IMG/VR virus record: IMGVR_UViG_3300030390_001111
Coordinates: 8,802-72,801 of that record
Reading direction: 5' to 3' (one strand)
Length of the DNA stretch: 64,000 nt
Source of the DNA: a virus
Part shown: one piece after another, positions 19,387 through 28,321 of the stretch
How positions within the stretch are numbered: the first letter of the stretch is position 1
How the letters are laid out: each line of letters opens with the position of its first letter
Program-made: the position numbers and the translations under genes
Notes under the pieces: model-generated
Seen by the model: the letters and a program-made list of their open reading frames with translations, nothing else
Told to the model about the DNA's origin: nothing
Database searches by the model: none

Positions 19387-20379
19387 TTATACTCCATATG
19401 CTTTATTAAGATACTCTGCATGATCTTGAGCTCGTTCACTTACTCTGATCATATCCCATTTGCCACAAAACTTCATAAAGTGTATGCCTACTTGTGACTT
19501 GGATTCTTTTTGCACTTGCTCGACTATTGCATTATCAAGTTCTGCTTTAATATTATCTGGCTGTGCGGTAAGGTCGATAATGTGCATGTTACGTTGATAG
19601 TCTTCTAATACACGATGTTCTACACCTTCGTGATCAGTCCAACGTTGTAACATAAAGTTATTCCAGTTATAACCTTTATTATCTTTGTCTGCAAATGCTT
19701 CCATCATGCCTACCTTATTCTTAGTGCCTTTCTTACGAGCACCTGGGCATGCACTAAACACGTTGTCACTAGTGTCACCACGTATACATTTCTCAAACAA
19801 TAACCATTCTGGATTACCTATTTGCTTAGGCTCCTTAGTTTTCTTATCCATAACATGCTTACCTTTATCATCAAAGATACCTTCTGTTGTAATAAGTTGT
19901 CCTGTAATACCATTGTATTGTGTTACATTGTTGTTAAGTAATTGATAAAAGTCACTGTCGCTACTTACAATACAATGTTTGTCATCAGGATGATTCTGTA
20001 TCCAACGTGCAATAAAGTCATCTGCCTCACATTGCGAATTCTGTAATACTGTGCAATTAGTTCGCTTCTCAAAGAATACCTTTAGTTCATCAAACGCATC
20101 CCAAAACATTTTATCTTCTTCTTGTTCACGTTCTGTTAATGCTGCACGTGCCGCCGAACGATTCTTCTTATAGGGTTCATAAGCATCTTTACGCCAACTA
20201 CGGCCTTCCAAACATAACACAACATGACTACCATTCTGATTACGCCATACCTTATTAATACTATTAAACATAATATGATATGCCATACCTACTTTGTCTT
20301 TTGCGTCTGCTCCACGCTGAACTACGTGCCTAGCACGAAAAAACATATTAGCTGCATCTACTAAAATATAACTCAACAT
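19387..20379 (-). CDS. rnh: T4-type RNase H / 5'-3' exonuclease
   Basis: LVDAANMFFR, SWRK..Y.PYK.NR, CEADD, SSDSDF, RGDTSDNV. Confidence 0.88.
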   Translation of the reverse strand: MLSYILVDAANMFFRARHVVQRGADAKDKVGMAYHIMFNSINKVWRNQNGSHVVLCLEGRSWRKDAYEPYKKNRSAARAALTEREQEEDKMFWDAFDELKVFFEKRTNCTVLQNSQCEADDFIARWIQNHPDDKHCIVSSDSDFYQLLNNNVTQYNGITGQLITTEGIFDDKGKHVMDKKTKEPKQIGNPEWLLFEKCIRGDTSDNVFSACPGARKKGTKNKVGMMEAFADKDNKGYNWNNFMLQRWTDHEGVEHRVLEDYQRNMHIIDLTAQPDNIKAELDNAIVEQVQKESKSQVGIHFMKFCGKWDMIRVSERAQDHAEYLNKAYGV

Positions 20380-20394
20380 TGTTCTCCTAAATGA

Positions 20395-20658
20395 TTATAC
20401 TTCTTCTGATATTTGTTTACAAAGTGTTGTAAACCATAAGTCAACAATCTCTTCTTCATTGTCGCCTGTATAGCCTGCTTCTAACAATTGTTTAACAAAC
20501 AGGTTATTCCATTCAAGTTCAAAGTATCCATCGCCTGGGTTGTCTTTATCAAACTTAACTTCTAATACTTTAACATACGGTTCGCCTTTAGCAGTAGCCT
20601 TGTCTTTAGCAGACATGCCTTCTTTTTTACTAAACAATTGCTTAATCTTATTGATCAT
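20395..20658 (-). CDS. hypothetical protein
   Basis: AGGAG SD and its own promoter. Confidence 0.65.
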   Translation of the reverse strand: MINKIKQLFSKKEGMSAKDKATAKGEPYVKVLEVKFDKDNPGDGYFELEWNNLFVKQLLEAGYTGDNEEEIVDLWFTTLCKQISEEV

Positions 20659-20681
20659 GCTTTTCTCCTAATGTATATACT

Positions 20682-20710
20682 ATTATAAGACATCTTGAAC
20701 TGTTTGTCAA
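20682..20710 (-). promoter_or_regulatory. consensus sigma70 promoter with partial palindromic box
   Basis: TTGACA-17bp-TATAAT; AAGATGTCTT core abuts the -10 element. Confidence 0.75.
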
Positions 20711-20718
20711 GTGATAGT

Positions 20719-21798
20719 TTACCACCCAATTTTCTCCCAAGGAACGTCTTTATTGCCAAAGTGACCGTATACACAATTCTCACTATAGCCGTAGAAGTTA
20801 TACATATCAAACCTATCAATAATACCTTTAGGTGTTAGATCAATGTTTTCTTCAATGTATTTTTGAATACTGCTATTATGTCCATTACTGTCTACATAAA
20901 TGCTTGTAGGTTGTTTAACACCAATAGCATAACTCAACTGTATTTGACACCAGTCAGCCATGTTATCAGCTACTACATTCTTTGCTAACCAACGTGCCAT
21001 ATAAGTTGCACTTCTATCTACTTTAGTAGGATCTTTACCACTAAAAGCGCCACCGCCATGAGGGGCAAAACCACCATAAGTATCCACAATGATCTTTCGT
21101 CCAGTAAGTCCTGTATCACCATCTGGGCCACCGATAACAAAGTTGCCAGTAGGATTAAGATGCCAAGTAGTATCCGCATCATATAAACCCTCCAATACTG
21201 TCATTCCTGCTAACTTGCATATGTTTTGCGCCTGTTTGATAAGTCCATCACCATGCTGACTACTAATAACAACCTGGTCTACACGTTTAGGTTTACCACC
21301 TTCATATTGAATACTTACTTGTGATTTTGCATCTGGTCCTAGAACGTGTTGTCTTTGTGTTTTTAAATGTTTTAGAATTTCATGACTGTAATAAATTGGT
21401 GCTGGTAAGAATGCATCATTCTCATTAGTTGCATATCCAAACATAATGCCTTGGTCTCCTGCTCCAAAGTCATTTGTTCCCAATCCAATGTCACCACTTT
21501 GTGCATGAATCTCATTATAAATATTTAGTTTATCCCAATGAAATCCGTCTTGTTCGTATCCAATCTCTTTAACCTTATCACGAATGATTTGTTTTACCTC
21601 ATCATTGCTTACGTTAAAGTTTTTTACTTCACCCGCTACTGTTACATGATTAGTGGTTACAAGTGTTTCAATGGCTACACGTGTAGTTTCATCACCGTTT
21701 TTTAGACCGGCATCAACTAATGCATCTGAGATTTGGTCAGAGACCTTATCTGGATGTCCATCACTAACACTTTCGCTTGTAAAAATATAATTATTCAT
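20719..21798 (-). CDS. metK: S-adenosylmethionine synthetase
   Basis: FTSESVSDGHPDK, GAGDQG, GLTGRKIIVDTYGG, GGGAFSGKDPTKVDRS. Confidence 0.97.
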   Translation of the reverse strand: MNNYIFTSESVSDGHPDKVSDQISDALVDAGLKNGDETTRVAIETLVTTNHVTVAGEVKNFNVSNDEVKQIIRDKVKEIGYEQDGFHWDKLNIYNEIHAQSGDIGLGTNDFGAGDQGIMFGYATNENDAFLPAPIYYSHEILKHLKTQRQHVLGPDAKSQVSIQYEGGKPKRVDQVVISSQHGDGLIKQAQNICKLAGMTVLEGLYDADTTWHLNPTGNFVIGGPDGDTGLTGRKIIVDTYGGFAPHGGGAFSGKDPTKVDRSATYMARWLAKNVVADNMADWCQIQLSYAIGVKQPTSIYVDSNGHNSSIQKYIEENIDLTPKGIIDRFDMYNFYGYSENCVYGHFGNKDVPWEKIGW

Positions 21799-21806
21799 AG
21801 TTTGTT

Positions 21807-22925
21807 TTATCCTTTGTTTTTGGTAAAGACATATATGCCTTCCCATTTCTCTCGGCCTTCTTTTTTATCATTGCCTACACCAGGCCTAGTGTTCAGCATC
21901 ATTTTAATTGTTGTATTGTATTTGAATCCTAGCTTTTCAGCAAGTTCAATCCATCTATCAACAACAAAGTATTCTTTATTACCATAACTTTTATAGTCTG
22001 CAATATTTGTAGCAAACACTCCATCATTGTTTAGTCCTTTGTGTATTTGTTGCATTGTTGGTGCAACATACCCATCAAACCAATCATCCATTGTAGTATG
22101 CTTAACCATGCATTGAGTAGGCTCATCACTATACTTTTCTAAATTAAAGTATGGTGGACTACTAAATGCTAAGTCAATATTCTCGCATTGATAATCTTCT
22201 GAAGGACTGCAAATGATTTCTGCATCGTTAGTTAACAAACTATCTAAGTATTTTAGATACTCAAATGTTTGTGTGTTAGGGTCTGTGCCTATGTATTTAT
22301 AGTTCATATTGCTACTGCTTATCCCAAGTAGCCTTCCACCATAACCACAGCTATAATCGTAAATACGACCCCATAGCACCGGACATAAACGCTCTGCAAT
22401 AGCTCTAGCATGTTGTGGCTTAAAGTTTTGCACGTTCTCACCTGTAACAAGCTCTAAGCTTCTACGCATTGCTGTCGGGTATACTAACTTATTTCCTTCT
22501 CTAAATTCAAAGCAGATACGTATAGCACGTTTAAGTTTAGCATCGTCTCTAAACCTATCCATTAAACTGTTTGAGCCTCTTCCTTTTGGCTCCGCTGTCT
22601 GCATGTTTGTGAATACAAAACGATTAATTGTTTGTCCTTGGTTGTTGCCAAGTCCTAATACGTTTTGTTCAACTTTCTTATATGATGTGCGTTTAAAGTT
22701 CTTTAGTGCTTTACGTAATCCTGCTTCTGTGTAATAGACAATAGGAATAATATCTCTCTTGCGATATATATCAAATACCTTGTCTATTGTTCCAGGTCCA
22801 TCAGCTTCGTATACCTCTGCGGTAAACATATCTAACTCTGAATATAAATCTTCGTATCCTGTAAATTCATCTGCAAAGATATGTTCTGGTTTTATATTCC
22901 AAAACTTGTGTATGGAATCTATCAA
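21807..22925 (-). CDS. amino-methyltransferase (m4C/m6A DNA MTase-like) with N-terminal extension
   Basis: Motif I DYSCGYGGRL and motif IV SSPPY. Confidence 0.75.
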   Translation of the reverse strand: MIDSIHKFWNIKPEHIFADEFTGYEDLYSELDMFTAEVYEADGPGTIDKVFDIYRKRDIIPIVYYTEAGLRKALKNFKRTSYKKVEQNVLGLGNNQGQTINRFVFTNMQTAEPKGRGSNSLMDRFRDDAKLKRAIRICFEFREGNKLVYPTAMRRSLELVTGENVQNFKPQHARAIAERLCPVLWGRIYDYSCGYGGRLLGISSSNMNYKYIGTDPNTQTFEYLKYLDSLLTNDAEIICSPSEDYQCENIDLAFSSPPYFNLEKYSDEPTQCMVKHTTMDDWFDGYVAPTMQQIHKGLNNDGVFATNIADYKSYGNKEYFVVDRWIELAEKLGFKYNTTIKMMLNTRPGVGNDKKEGREKWEGIYVFTKNKG

Positions 22926-22927
22926 TA

Positions 22928-23242
22928 CTAAACTCCAAAATAATAGTTTAATAGGCCTGTAAATATTAGTGTAACTAGCACACCATTGAGCAATATTAAT
23001 GCTCTGTCATGCCATAAGTAACCTACCCAAAACCAACCTATAGTTCCAAAGAAACCAAACCATAAATCAACGTGTGCTAGTGTTCCTGTAGCTCTAGCCG
23101 ATGTTGCTACTAGTATTAATATAACAGACACCCATTTGACATACCAAGATAAATCATATTTAGGTGTTATCTTTTTAAAGACTCTCGTTGAATTAAGTGC
23201 TTTAATCTTATCGTTAAGTTTTTTATGTTTTTCGCTACTCAT
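22928..23242 (-). CDS. small membrane protein
   Basis: Three TM-like segments and W.DRALILLN; similar to ORF 46052. Confidence 0.6.
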   Translation of the reverse strand: MSSEKHKKLNDKIKALNSTRVFKKITPKYDLSWYVKWVSVILILVATSARATGTLAHVDLWFGFFGTIGWFWVGYLWHDRALILLNGVLVTLIFTGLLNYYFGV

Positions 23243-24438
23243 TATTTCTTAAACTCTGCCGCTTCCTCAGACCCACCTGTTGCAGTTCCTTTAGAATAAG
23301 AATGGGCACCCATGCCTGCAAGTTCACCATTTTGAACTATTAGATATTGATTTCTTATTTCATCTCCAGCAAAGAAACATTCTAGTATTTCTCTAACTCC
23401 ATCAGCATATCTCGTTTGTGCTGATAAAGAAGTTCCACTTGTATGTGGTGTCATTCCGTGATGTGGCATAGTTCGCCACACATGATCGTTTGGTGCTGGT
23501 TGTGGGAACCATACATCACCTGCATAGCCACTTAGCTGTCCAGATTCACATGCTCTCGCAATAGCATCTTTATCACATATCTTACCACGTGCTGTATTAA
23601 TAATATAAGCACCTTTCTTACATTTAGAAATTAACTCATCATTAAACATATGTTCTGTTTCTGGATGTAATGGACAACTAATGTTAATCACATCACATAC
23701 CGCAACTAAAGATTCTACTGTTTCATGGAAAGTAAGATTCAACTCTTGTTCCACTGCTTCAGGCAATCTATGTCTATCCATATAATGTAAATGCACATCA
23801 AATGGTTTCATTTTTCTTAACATATCAATACCAATGCGTCCTGCTGCAATAGTTCCAATATGCATACCTTCTACATCATATGATCTAGATACTGCGTCAG
23901 CAATATGCCAACCACCATCATTAACAATCTTATGTTGCGTAGTAAAGTCTCTTACTAACACTAAAATCTGCATAACAATATGTTCTGCTACACTTCTACT
24001 GTTGCAATAAGTAACCTCAACTACATCAACATTATGATCCATAGCCGCTTGTAAGTCTACATGGTCTGACCCAATGCCTGCTGTAATTGCCATCTTTAGA
24101 TTAGGTGCTGATTCCATTTTCTCTCTAGTTACATAGTAAGGAAAGAATGGTTGTGATATAACAATATCTGCATCAACTAATTCTTTGTCAGCAACACAGC
24201 CCTCGCCATCTTTATCAGATGTAACTACTAGTGTGTGCCCTAAATCTTCTAAATACTTTCTTAATCCTAACTCACCTGAAACACAACCTAGTAACTCACC
24301 AGGCGTAAAGTCTCTACCTTTAGGACTTGGTAATGTCATACCATCTGGGTATTTTTCAATTGTTGGTAAATCTGTTAGTGGATAGCTTGTTGGCATACCA
24401 CCTTTCGGATCATCATATAATATACATAATATTTTCAT
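23242..24438 (-). CDS. fdh: NAD-dependent formate dehydrogenase
   Basis: LYDDP, GELLGCVSGELGLR, AGIGSDH, AAGRIG, HYMDRH, NTARG, GDVWFPQP, PHTSG. Confidence 0.95.
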   Translation of the reverse strand: MKILCILYDDPKGGMPTSYPLTDLPTIEKYPDGMTLPSPKGRDFTPGELLGCVSGELGLRKYLEDLGHTLVVTSDKDGEGCVADKELVDADIVISQPFFPYYVTREKMESAPNLKMAITAGIGSDHVDLQAAMDHNVDVVEVTYCNSRSVAEHIVMQILVLVRDFTTQHKIVNDGGWHIADAVSRSYDVEGMHIGTIAAGRIGIDMLRKMKPFDVHLHYMDRHRLPEAVEQELNLTFHETVESLVAVCDVINISCPLHPETEHMFNDELISKCKKGAYIINTARGKICDKDAIARACESGQLSGYAGDVWFPQPAPNDHVWRTMPHHGMTPHTSGTSLSAQTRYADGVREILECFFAGDEIRNQYLIVQNGELAGMGAHSYSKGTATGGSEEAAEFKK

Positions 24439-24466
24439 TTTATACTCCTTTCTGTTAATAGTTTGT

Positions 24467-24703
24467 TTAGTGTATTGAAGAACTTAAAGGTTCTGTTTCA
24501 ATACTTTCTGCTGTATTTCCTATATGGTCTGTTAGCAATTTAAATTCTTCTTCGCTCAGCATAATTTTATAGATCTTTAATGCTTGTGCCATCATTACTC
24601 CTGCAGCCATCAACGGATCTTCTGCATTAATTGTTAATTTTTCGATTTTTCTATATAGTTCTTCCATCATTTTCCTACAGTGATTACAATATTCATATTC
24701 CAT
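24467..24703 (-). CDS. hypothetical protein
   Basis: 78-aa ORF in the run. Confidence 0.55.
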   Translation of the reverse strand: MEYEYCNHCRKMMEELYRKIEKLTINAEDPLMAAGVMMAQALKIYKIMLSEEEFKLLTDHIGNTAESIETEPLSSSIH

Positions 24704-24740
24704 TTACCAACCTGCTTCCCTAATTCTTTGTTCAACATTC

Positions 24741-25637
24741 TTATGTTCCCCATGCGTTTCCAAAGAGTGAGATGTGTAAGCGTGGGGTGAATCTCCAGCC
24801 CCTTTCCATGCAGATTTCTGCAACTTCTTGGACGTTAAGATTATATTCTTCACTGCGACCACCCAGCGGCATAAGATACACAGGGCATTCCAAGCCTTCT
24901 TTACGATATGCCTTGACAGCTCTATCAACATCAGCAATATCCTCACCGTCAGCAACAACAAATTTAAGATAGATATCGCTGTTATCCACAAGACTGTAGT
25001 TGACAGCAACCTTAGGCTTAATAGCATCTTCCCAAGATTCTCCCGATACTGTGAGCTTGGGTGAACAACTCCATGTGACTTTAATTCTGTCACTGTTGTT
25101 GAGATACTTGAATAAATCGTCGTGTAAAAATTGTGTAGTGTTTGTTTCAAATGTAACATTCTTTAAATCTCCCATACGTGGATGTTCAAATAGTTCTACA
25201 TAAAGTCGTTGCCACGCTAACAACGGCTCACCACCGGTCATAATTAAATGGATGTCTTGTCCATTATCACATGTCCACTTGCCTTCTGGAGTTAAACTTA
25301 ACAAGTGATTTACTACTTCGTCTACTTCTGCAAGTTTATTAAAGTCTTTAAACTCAGGATAGATACTTGCATAAGTGTCACAGCCTGTATGTATAATAGG
25401 CAAGTCTGTAAATTCTGTTACTGTATCAGTAATGCCACCATCAATTAAATCTTTTACTTCTTGATTGTAACGATTACCAGCTTCATGCTTTTCAGCTCTG
25501 CTAGGTTCATCTCTACTTAGTCCAAAGTTCATACAACGAAAGTTACATCCAAATGTGCGTAAAAACACACTAGGAACACCTACGTATTGTCCTTCACCTT
25601 GCACACTATAAAATGCTTCTGAATATCTAAGTTTCAT
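24741..25637 (-). CDS. queE: 7-carboxy-7-deazaguanine synthase (radical SAM)
   Basis: EAFYSVQGEG, SVFLRTFGCNFRC...GCDT, TGGEP, ETN, SPKL, PRLH. Confidence 0.9.
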   Translation of the reverse strand: MKLRYSEAFYSVQGEGQYVGVPSVFLRTFGCNFRCMNFGLSRDEPSRAEKHEAGNRYNQEVKDLIDGGITDTVTEFTDLPIIHTGCDTYASIYPEFKDFNKLAEVDEVVNHLLSLTPEGKWTCDNGQDIHLIMTGGEPLLAWQRLYVELFEHPRMGDLKNVTFETNTTQFLHDDLFKYLNNSDRIKVTWSCSPKLTVSGESWEDAIKPKVAVNYSLVDNSDIYLKFVVADGEDIADVDRAVKAYRKEGLECPVYLMPLGGRSEEYNLNVQEVAEICMERGWRFTPRLHISLFGNAWGT

Positions 25638-26055
25638 TTATTAAGTTGCTCCATCTCTTTAATTTGTTACGCTTAACTTCTGCACGATCTTCTAAGTCAG
25701 CCATGGTAAACATTCCATGTTCTTCCATTAACTTCAGCATACAATACACATCACCTGCTTCTTCAATTAACTTTTTTCTATTAGTTTGTGCATTTAATAG
25801 TTTACTGTTTGCTTCTTCTATTGTGTTAAACTTACGAACTGTTTTGCTACACATCTGTGTTAGTTCACCACATTCTTCTGCTGTAATAATCATTAGTTGT
25901 TGTAATGTATTAAGTGGATGATTCTCACGTGCTTCGGCTTCTTCATGCTTCTGTGCTTTGTTATTAAACAAGTCTACAGGATATTCTTCTTTTAATCTGC
26001 GAGCCATGTAATCAGCGTAACCTTCCTGCTTATCATTATCATTTTTTACTACCAT
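25627..26055 (-). CDS. MazG-like nucleotide pyrophosphohydrolase
   Basis: EECGEL...EEAGDV ExxE/ExxD motifs. Confidence 0.75.
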   Translation of the reverse strand: MVVKNDNDKQEGYADYMARRLKEEYPVDLFNNKAQKHEEAEARENHPLNTLQQLMIITAEECGELTQMCSKTVRKFNTIEEANSKLLNAQTNRKKLIEEAGDVYCMLKLMEEHGMFTMADLEDRAEVKRNKLKRWSNLINET

Positions 26056-26276
26056 TAGTGTATTGTCCTGTTGTGTCTTGGTGTAACATCTTTTGCTATT
26101 TGATCACCATATATTAAACCTAGTATAACTAAAATAGTGTCTGGAAGTTCATCAAAGTCTTTTAATTCAAACGGTGCAAATATACCTTGAAATGATCCGT
26201 CACCTTTAAGAACCAATGCAAATTCATCATCTTCCAGCCAATCACTTATTTGCCCTTCTCGTTTTTCATTTGCCAT
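26055..26276 (-). CDS. hypothetical protein
   Basis: GAGG SD and promoter upstream. Confidence 0.6.
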   Translation of the reverse strand: MANEKREGQISDWLEDDEFALVLKGDGSFQGIFAPFELKDFDELPDTILVILGLIYGDQIAKDVTPRHNRTIH

Positions 26277-26308
26277 ATGTTCCTCTTTTTATTATAGTTG
26301 TATATACG

Positions 26309-26337
26309 ATTATATACGATTTTATAGGATTAGTCAA
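26309..26337 (-). promoter_or_regulatory. sigma70-type promoter heading the mazG-queE-fdh run
   Basis: TTGACT-17bp-TATAAT. Confidence 0.7.
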
Positions 26338-26411
26338 CTGTTTATAGTCCTGCTAATTTGGCTAATACCCATAACACAATAAATGTAACTATAGCAAGCC
26401 CTAATGCTCCT

Positions 26412-26585
26412 TTAATCATGTTGCCCTTTCTTTTTTATTACAAATCCTGGAAAACTTTCTTCCCAAATAAGAGTATCTCCAATATCCCAACCAACTGAAT
26501 TTAGAAGATCTATAGGCAATTCAATATATAGTTCTTTTGTTTTGCCATCTTGTTGAACTGTAAGTAAATGTTTATCTTGTTTCAT
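26412..26585 (-). CDS. AbrB/MazE/SpoVT-like small DNA-binding protein (not in ORF track)
   Basis: Manual translation [57 protein letters not shown]; I.LP..LL...GW..GD.L pattern. Confidence 0.6.
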   Translation of the reverse strand: MKQDKHLLTVQQDGKTKELYIELPIDLLNSVGWDIGDTLIWEESFPGFVIKKKGQHD

Positions 26586-27544
26586 TAAACTTTTTGTGTA
26601 AATAAACTACTTACACTTTCCTCATTGCTTACCCTTCTTAGGGCCTCTCCAAATAATTCAGATACTGTTACAACTCTAACTTTAGTAATTTTATCTGGAC
26701 AATTATATTCAATAGTATCAGTGATAACACATTCTTGTAGCACACTTTTTTGAATCTTTTGACATGCTTCTCCTGTGAGAACTCCATGTGTAATATATGC
26801 TCTAACACTTAATGCGCCTGCATCTAAAATTGCTTTTGCGGCATTACATAATGTTCCACCACTGTCTACAATATCATCAACTAGAATAGCATGAGCACCT
26901 TCTACTTCACCAATTAGATTCATTACTTCGCTTACACCTGCTTTAGGTCTACGCTTGTCTACAATAGCAATATCTCCGCCAAACATATCAGCAAACTTTC
27001 TTGCTCTAACTGTTCCGCCTGCATCTGGTGAAACAAATACAGTTTCAACTTCTGTTACATTTTGTCCTTCTTTGTAGAACTGCTTCTTAATATCCCTTGC
27101 AAATGATATACGACTTGTTAAATCATCTACAGGAATATCAAAAAAGCCTTGAATTTGACCGGCGTGTAAATCCATTGTAAGGATTCTATCTGCACCGGAT
27201 TCGGTTAGCAGGTTCGCTACTAGTTTAGCCGTAATAGGAGTGCGGCTTGCACTTTTACGATCCTGCCTTGCATAACCGAAATAAGGTATGACTGCGGTAA
27301 TACGTTTAGCACTGCTACGTTTGGCCGCATCAATCATAATCATTAATTCCATTAAATTATCGTTAACTGGTGTGCTTGTGCTTTGCACTATAAACACATC
27401 TTCACCTCTAACGTTTTCCATAAACTCTACACTACTTTCACCATCAGCAAATGCTTTAATGTCTGCTGGCACTAGTGTAGCAAAACAATGTTCTGCTATT
27501 TTTTGTGCTAAATTAATATTACTGTTTCCTGCGATAATTTTCAT
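26585..27544 (-). CDS. prs: ribose-phosphate pyrophosphokinase
   Basis: [43 protein letters not shown]. Confidence 0.97.
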   Translation of the reverse strand: MKIIAGNSNINLAQKIAEHCFATLVPADIKAFADGESSVEFMENVRGEDVFIVQSTSTPVNDNLMELMIMIDAAKRSSAKRITAVIPYFGYARQDRKSASRTPITAKLVANLLTESGADRILTMDLHAGQIQGFFDIPVDDLTSRISFARDIKKQFYKEGQNVTEVETVFVSPDAGGTVRARKFADMFGGDIAIVDKRRPKAGVSEVMNLIGEVEGAHAILVDDIVDSGGTLCNAAKAILDAGALSVRAYITHGVLTGEACQKIQKSVLQECVITDTIEYNCPDKITKVRVVTVSELFGEALRRVSNEESVSSLFTQKV

Positions 27545-27548
27545 TCTC

Positions 27549-27764
27549 TTAACACCCTGAGTCAAATGTGGTTCTCTCTTGTAGTTTTTTAGCTTGATCT
27601 TCTTGCCTAGGACGTTCTAGTTTATTAATAAGTCCTAGTATTGAGTTTGCAAACTCTTTACGTCCCTCAAATATATCTTCGGTTCCGTCTGTTAGTCCTT
27701 CAACTTTATCATCAAGTTCTTCTTGGCAAACTTGCTTTAAAATATCTATTGTATGGTCTGTCAT
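27549..27764 (-). CDS. hypothetical protein
   Basis: 71-aa ORF with an overlapping junction. Confidence 0.55.
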   Translation of the reverse strand: MTDHTIDILKQVCQEELDDKVEGLTDGTEDIFEGRKEFANSILGLINKLERPRQEDQAKKLQERTTFDSGC

Positions 27765-28321
27765 TATCTACTCTCCCAATGTTCGTGGCAACGTGGTTCG
27801 TATGTCTCTGCGCCGCCTATTGTTACTCTACCGCCACTTTTTCTAAGTCGCTGTGTTTTACTGCATGGTTGTCCACATACGTTACAAAATGCAGTAATCT
27901 TTGCTATACCGTCTGCTAATGCTAATAAACGGCCTGTTGTATCAAATGGTATTCCTCTGCTGTCTTGATCAAGTCCTGCACATACAAAGTTAACACCTTC
28001 TCTTAATCCTTCTTCTACAAACCATAGTGCTTCTTTAGGATCAAAGAACTGCACCTCATCAATGAATACTGTATGAAAGTTGTAGGGTTTAATTGTGTAA
28101 TTATCTTTTACTAATTCTAAATCAATAACACTAATAGCAGGGTGACTAAGTTTATTATGTGTAACAATCTTATCTGGGTCATACCTATCGTCTACTAATG
28201 GTTTTAGGACTAATGCTTTATGTCCTGAATGTTCTAAAAAGAGCAGTCGCTTTAATAACTCACTGCTCTTTCCTGCAAACATTGGGCCTGCAATGACCTC
28301 TAGTTCACCTCTTTTATACAT
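27764..28321 (-). CDS. tdk: thymidine kinase
   Basis: GPMFAGKS, IDEVQF, AGLD, CNVC...YEPRC. Confidence 0.95.
   Translation of the reverse strand: MYKRGELEVIAGPMFAGKSSELLKRLLFLEHSGHKALVLKPLVDDRYDPDKIVTHNKLSHPAISVIDLELVKDNYTIKPYNFHTVFIDEVQFFDPKEALWFVEEGLREGVNFVCAGLDQDSRGIPFDTTGRLLALADGIAKITAFCNVCGQPCSKTQRLRKSGGRVTIGGAETYEPRCHEHWESR

Noticed and set aside
24704-25159. 151-aa ORF overlapping queE whose tail (HKNVEQRIREAGW) abuts the next ATG, suggesting a frameshift extension
   Set aside because: QueE ends normally at GNAWGT, no canonical slippery heptamer is visible, and the rest of the ORF looks like off-frame sequence.
25627-26585. AbrB/MazE-like gene upstream of a MazG-like gene as a mazEFG toxin-antitoxin locus
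   Set aside because: No MazF-like toxin is recognisable, and a promoter separates the two genes.
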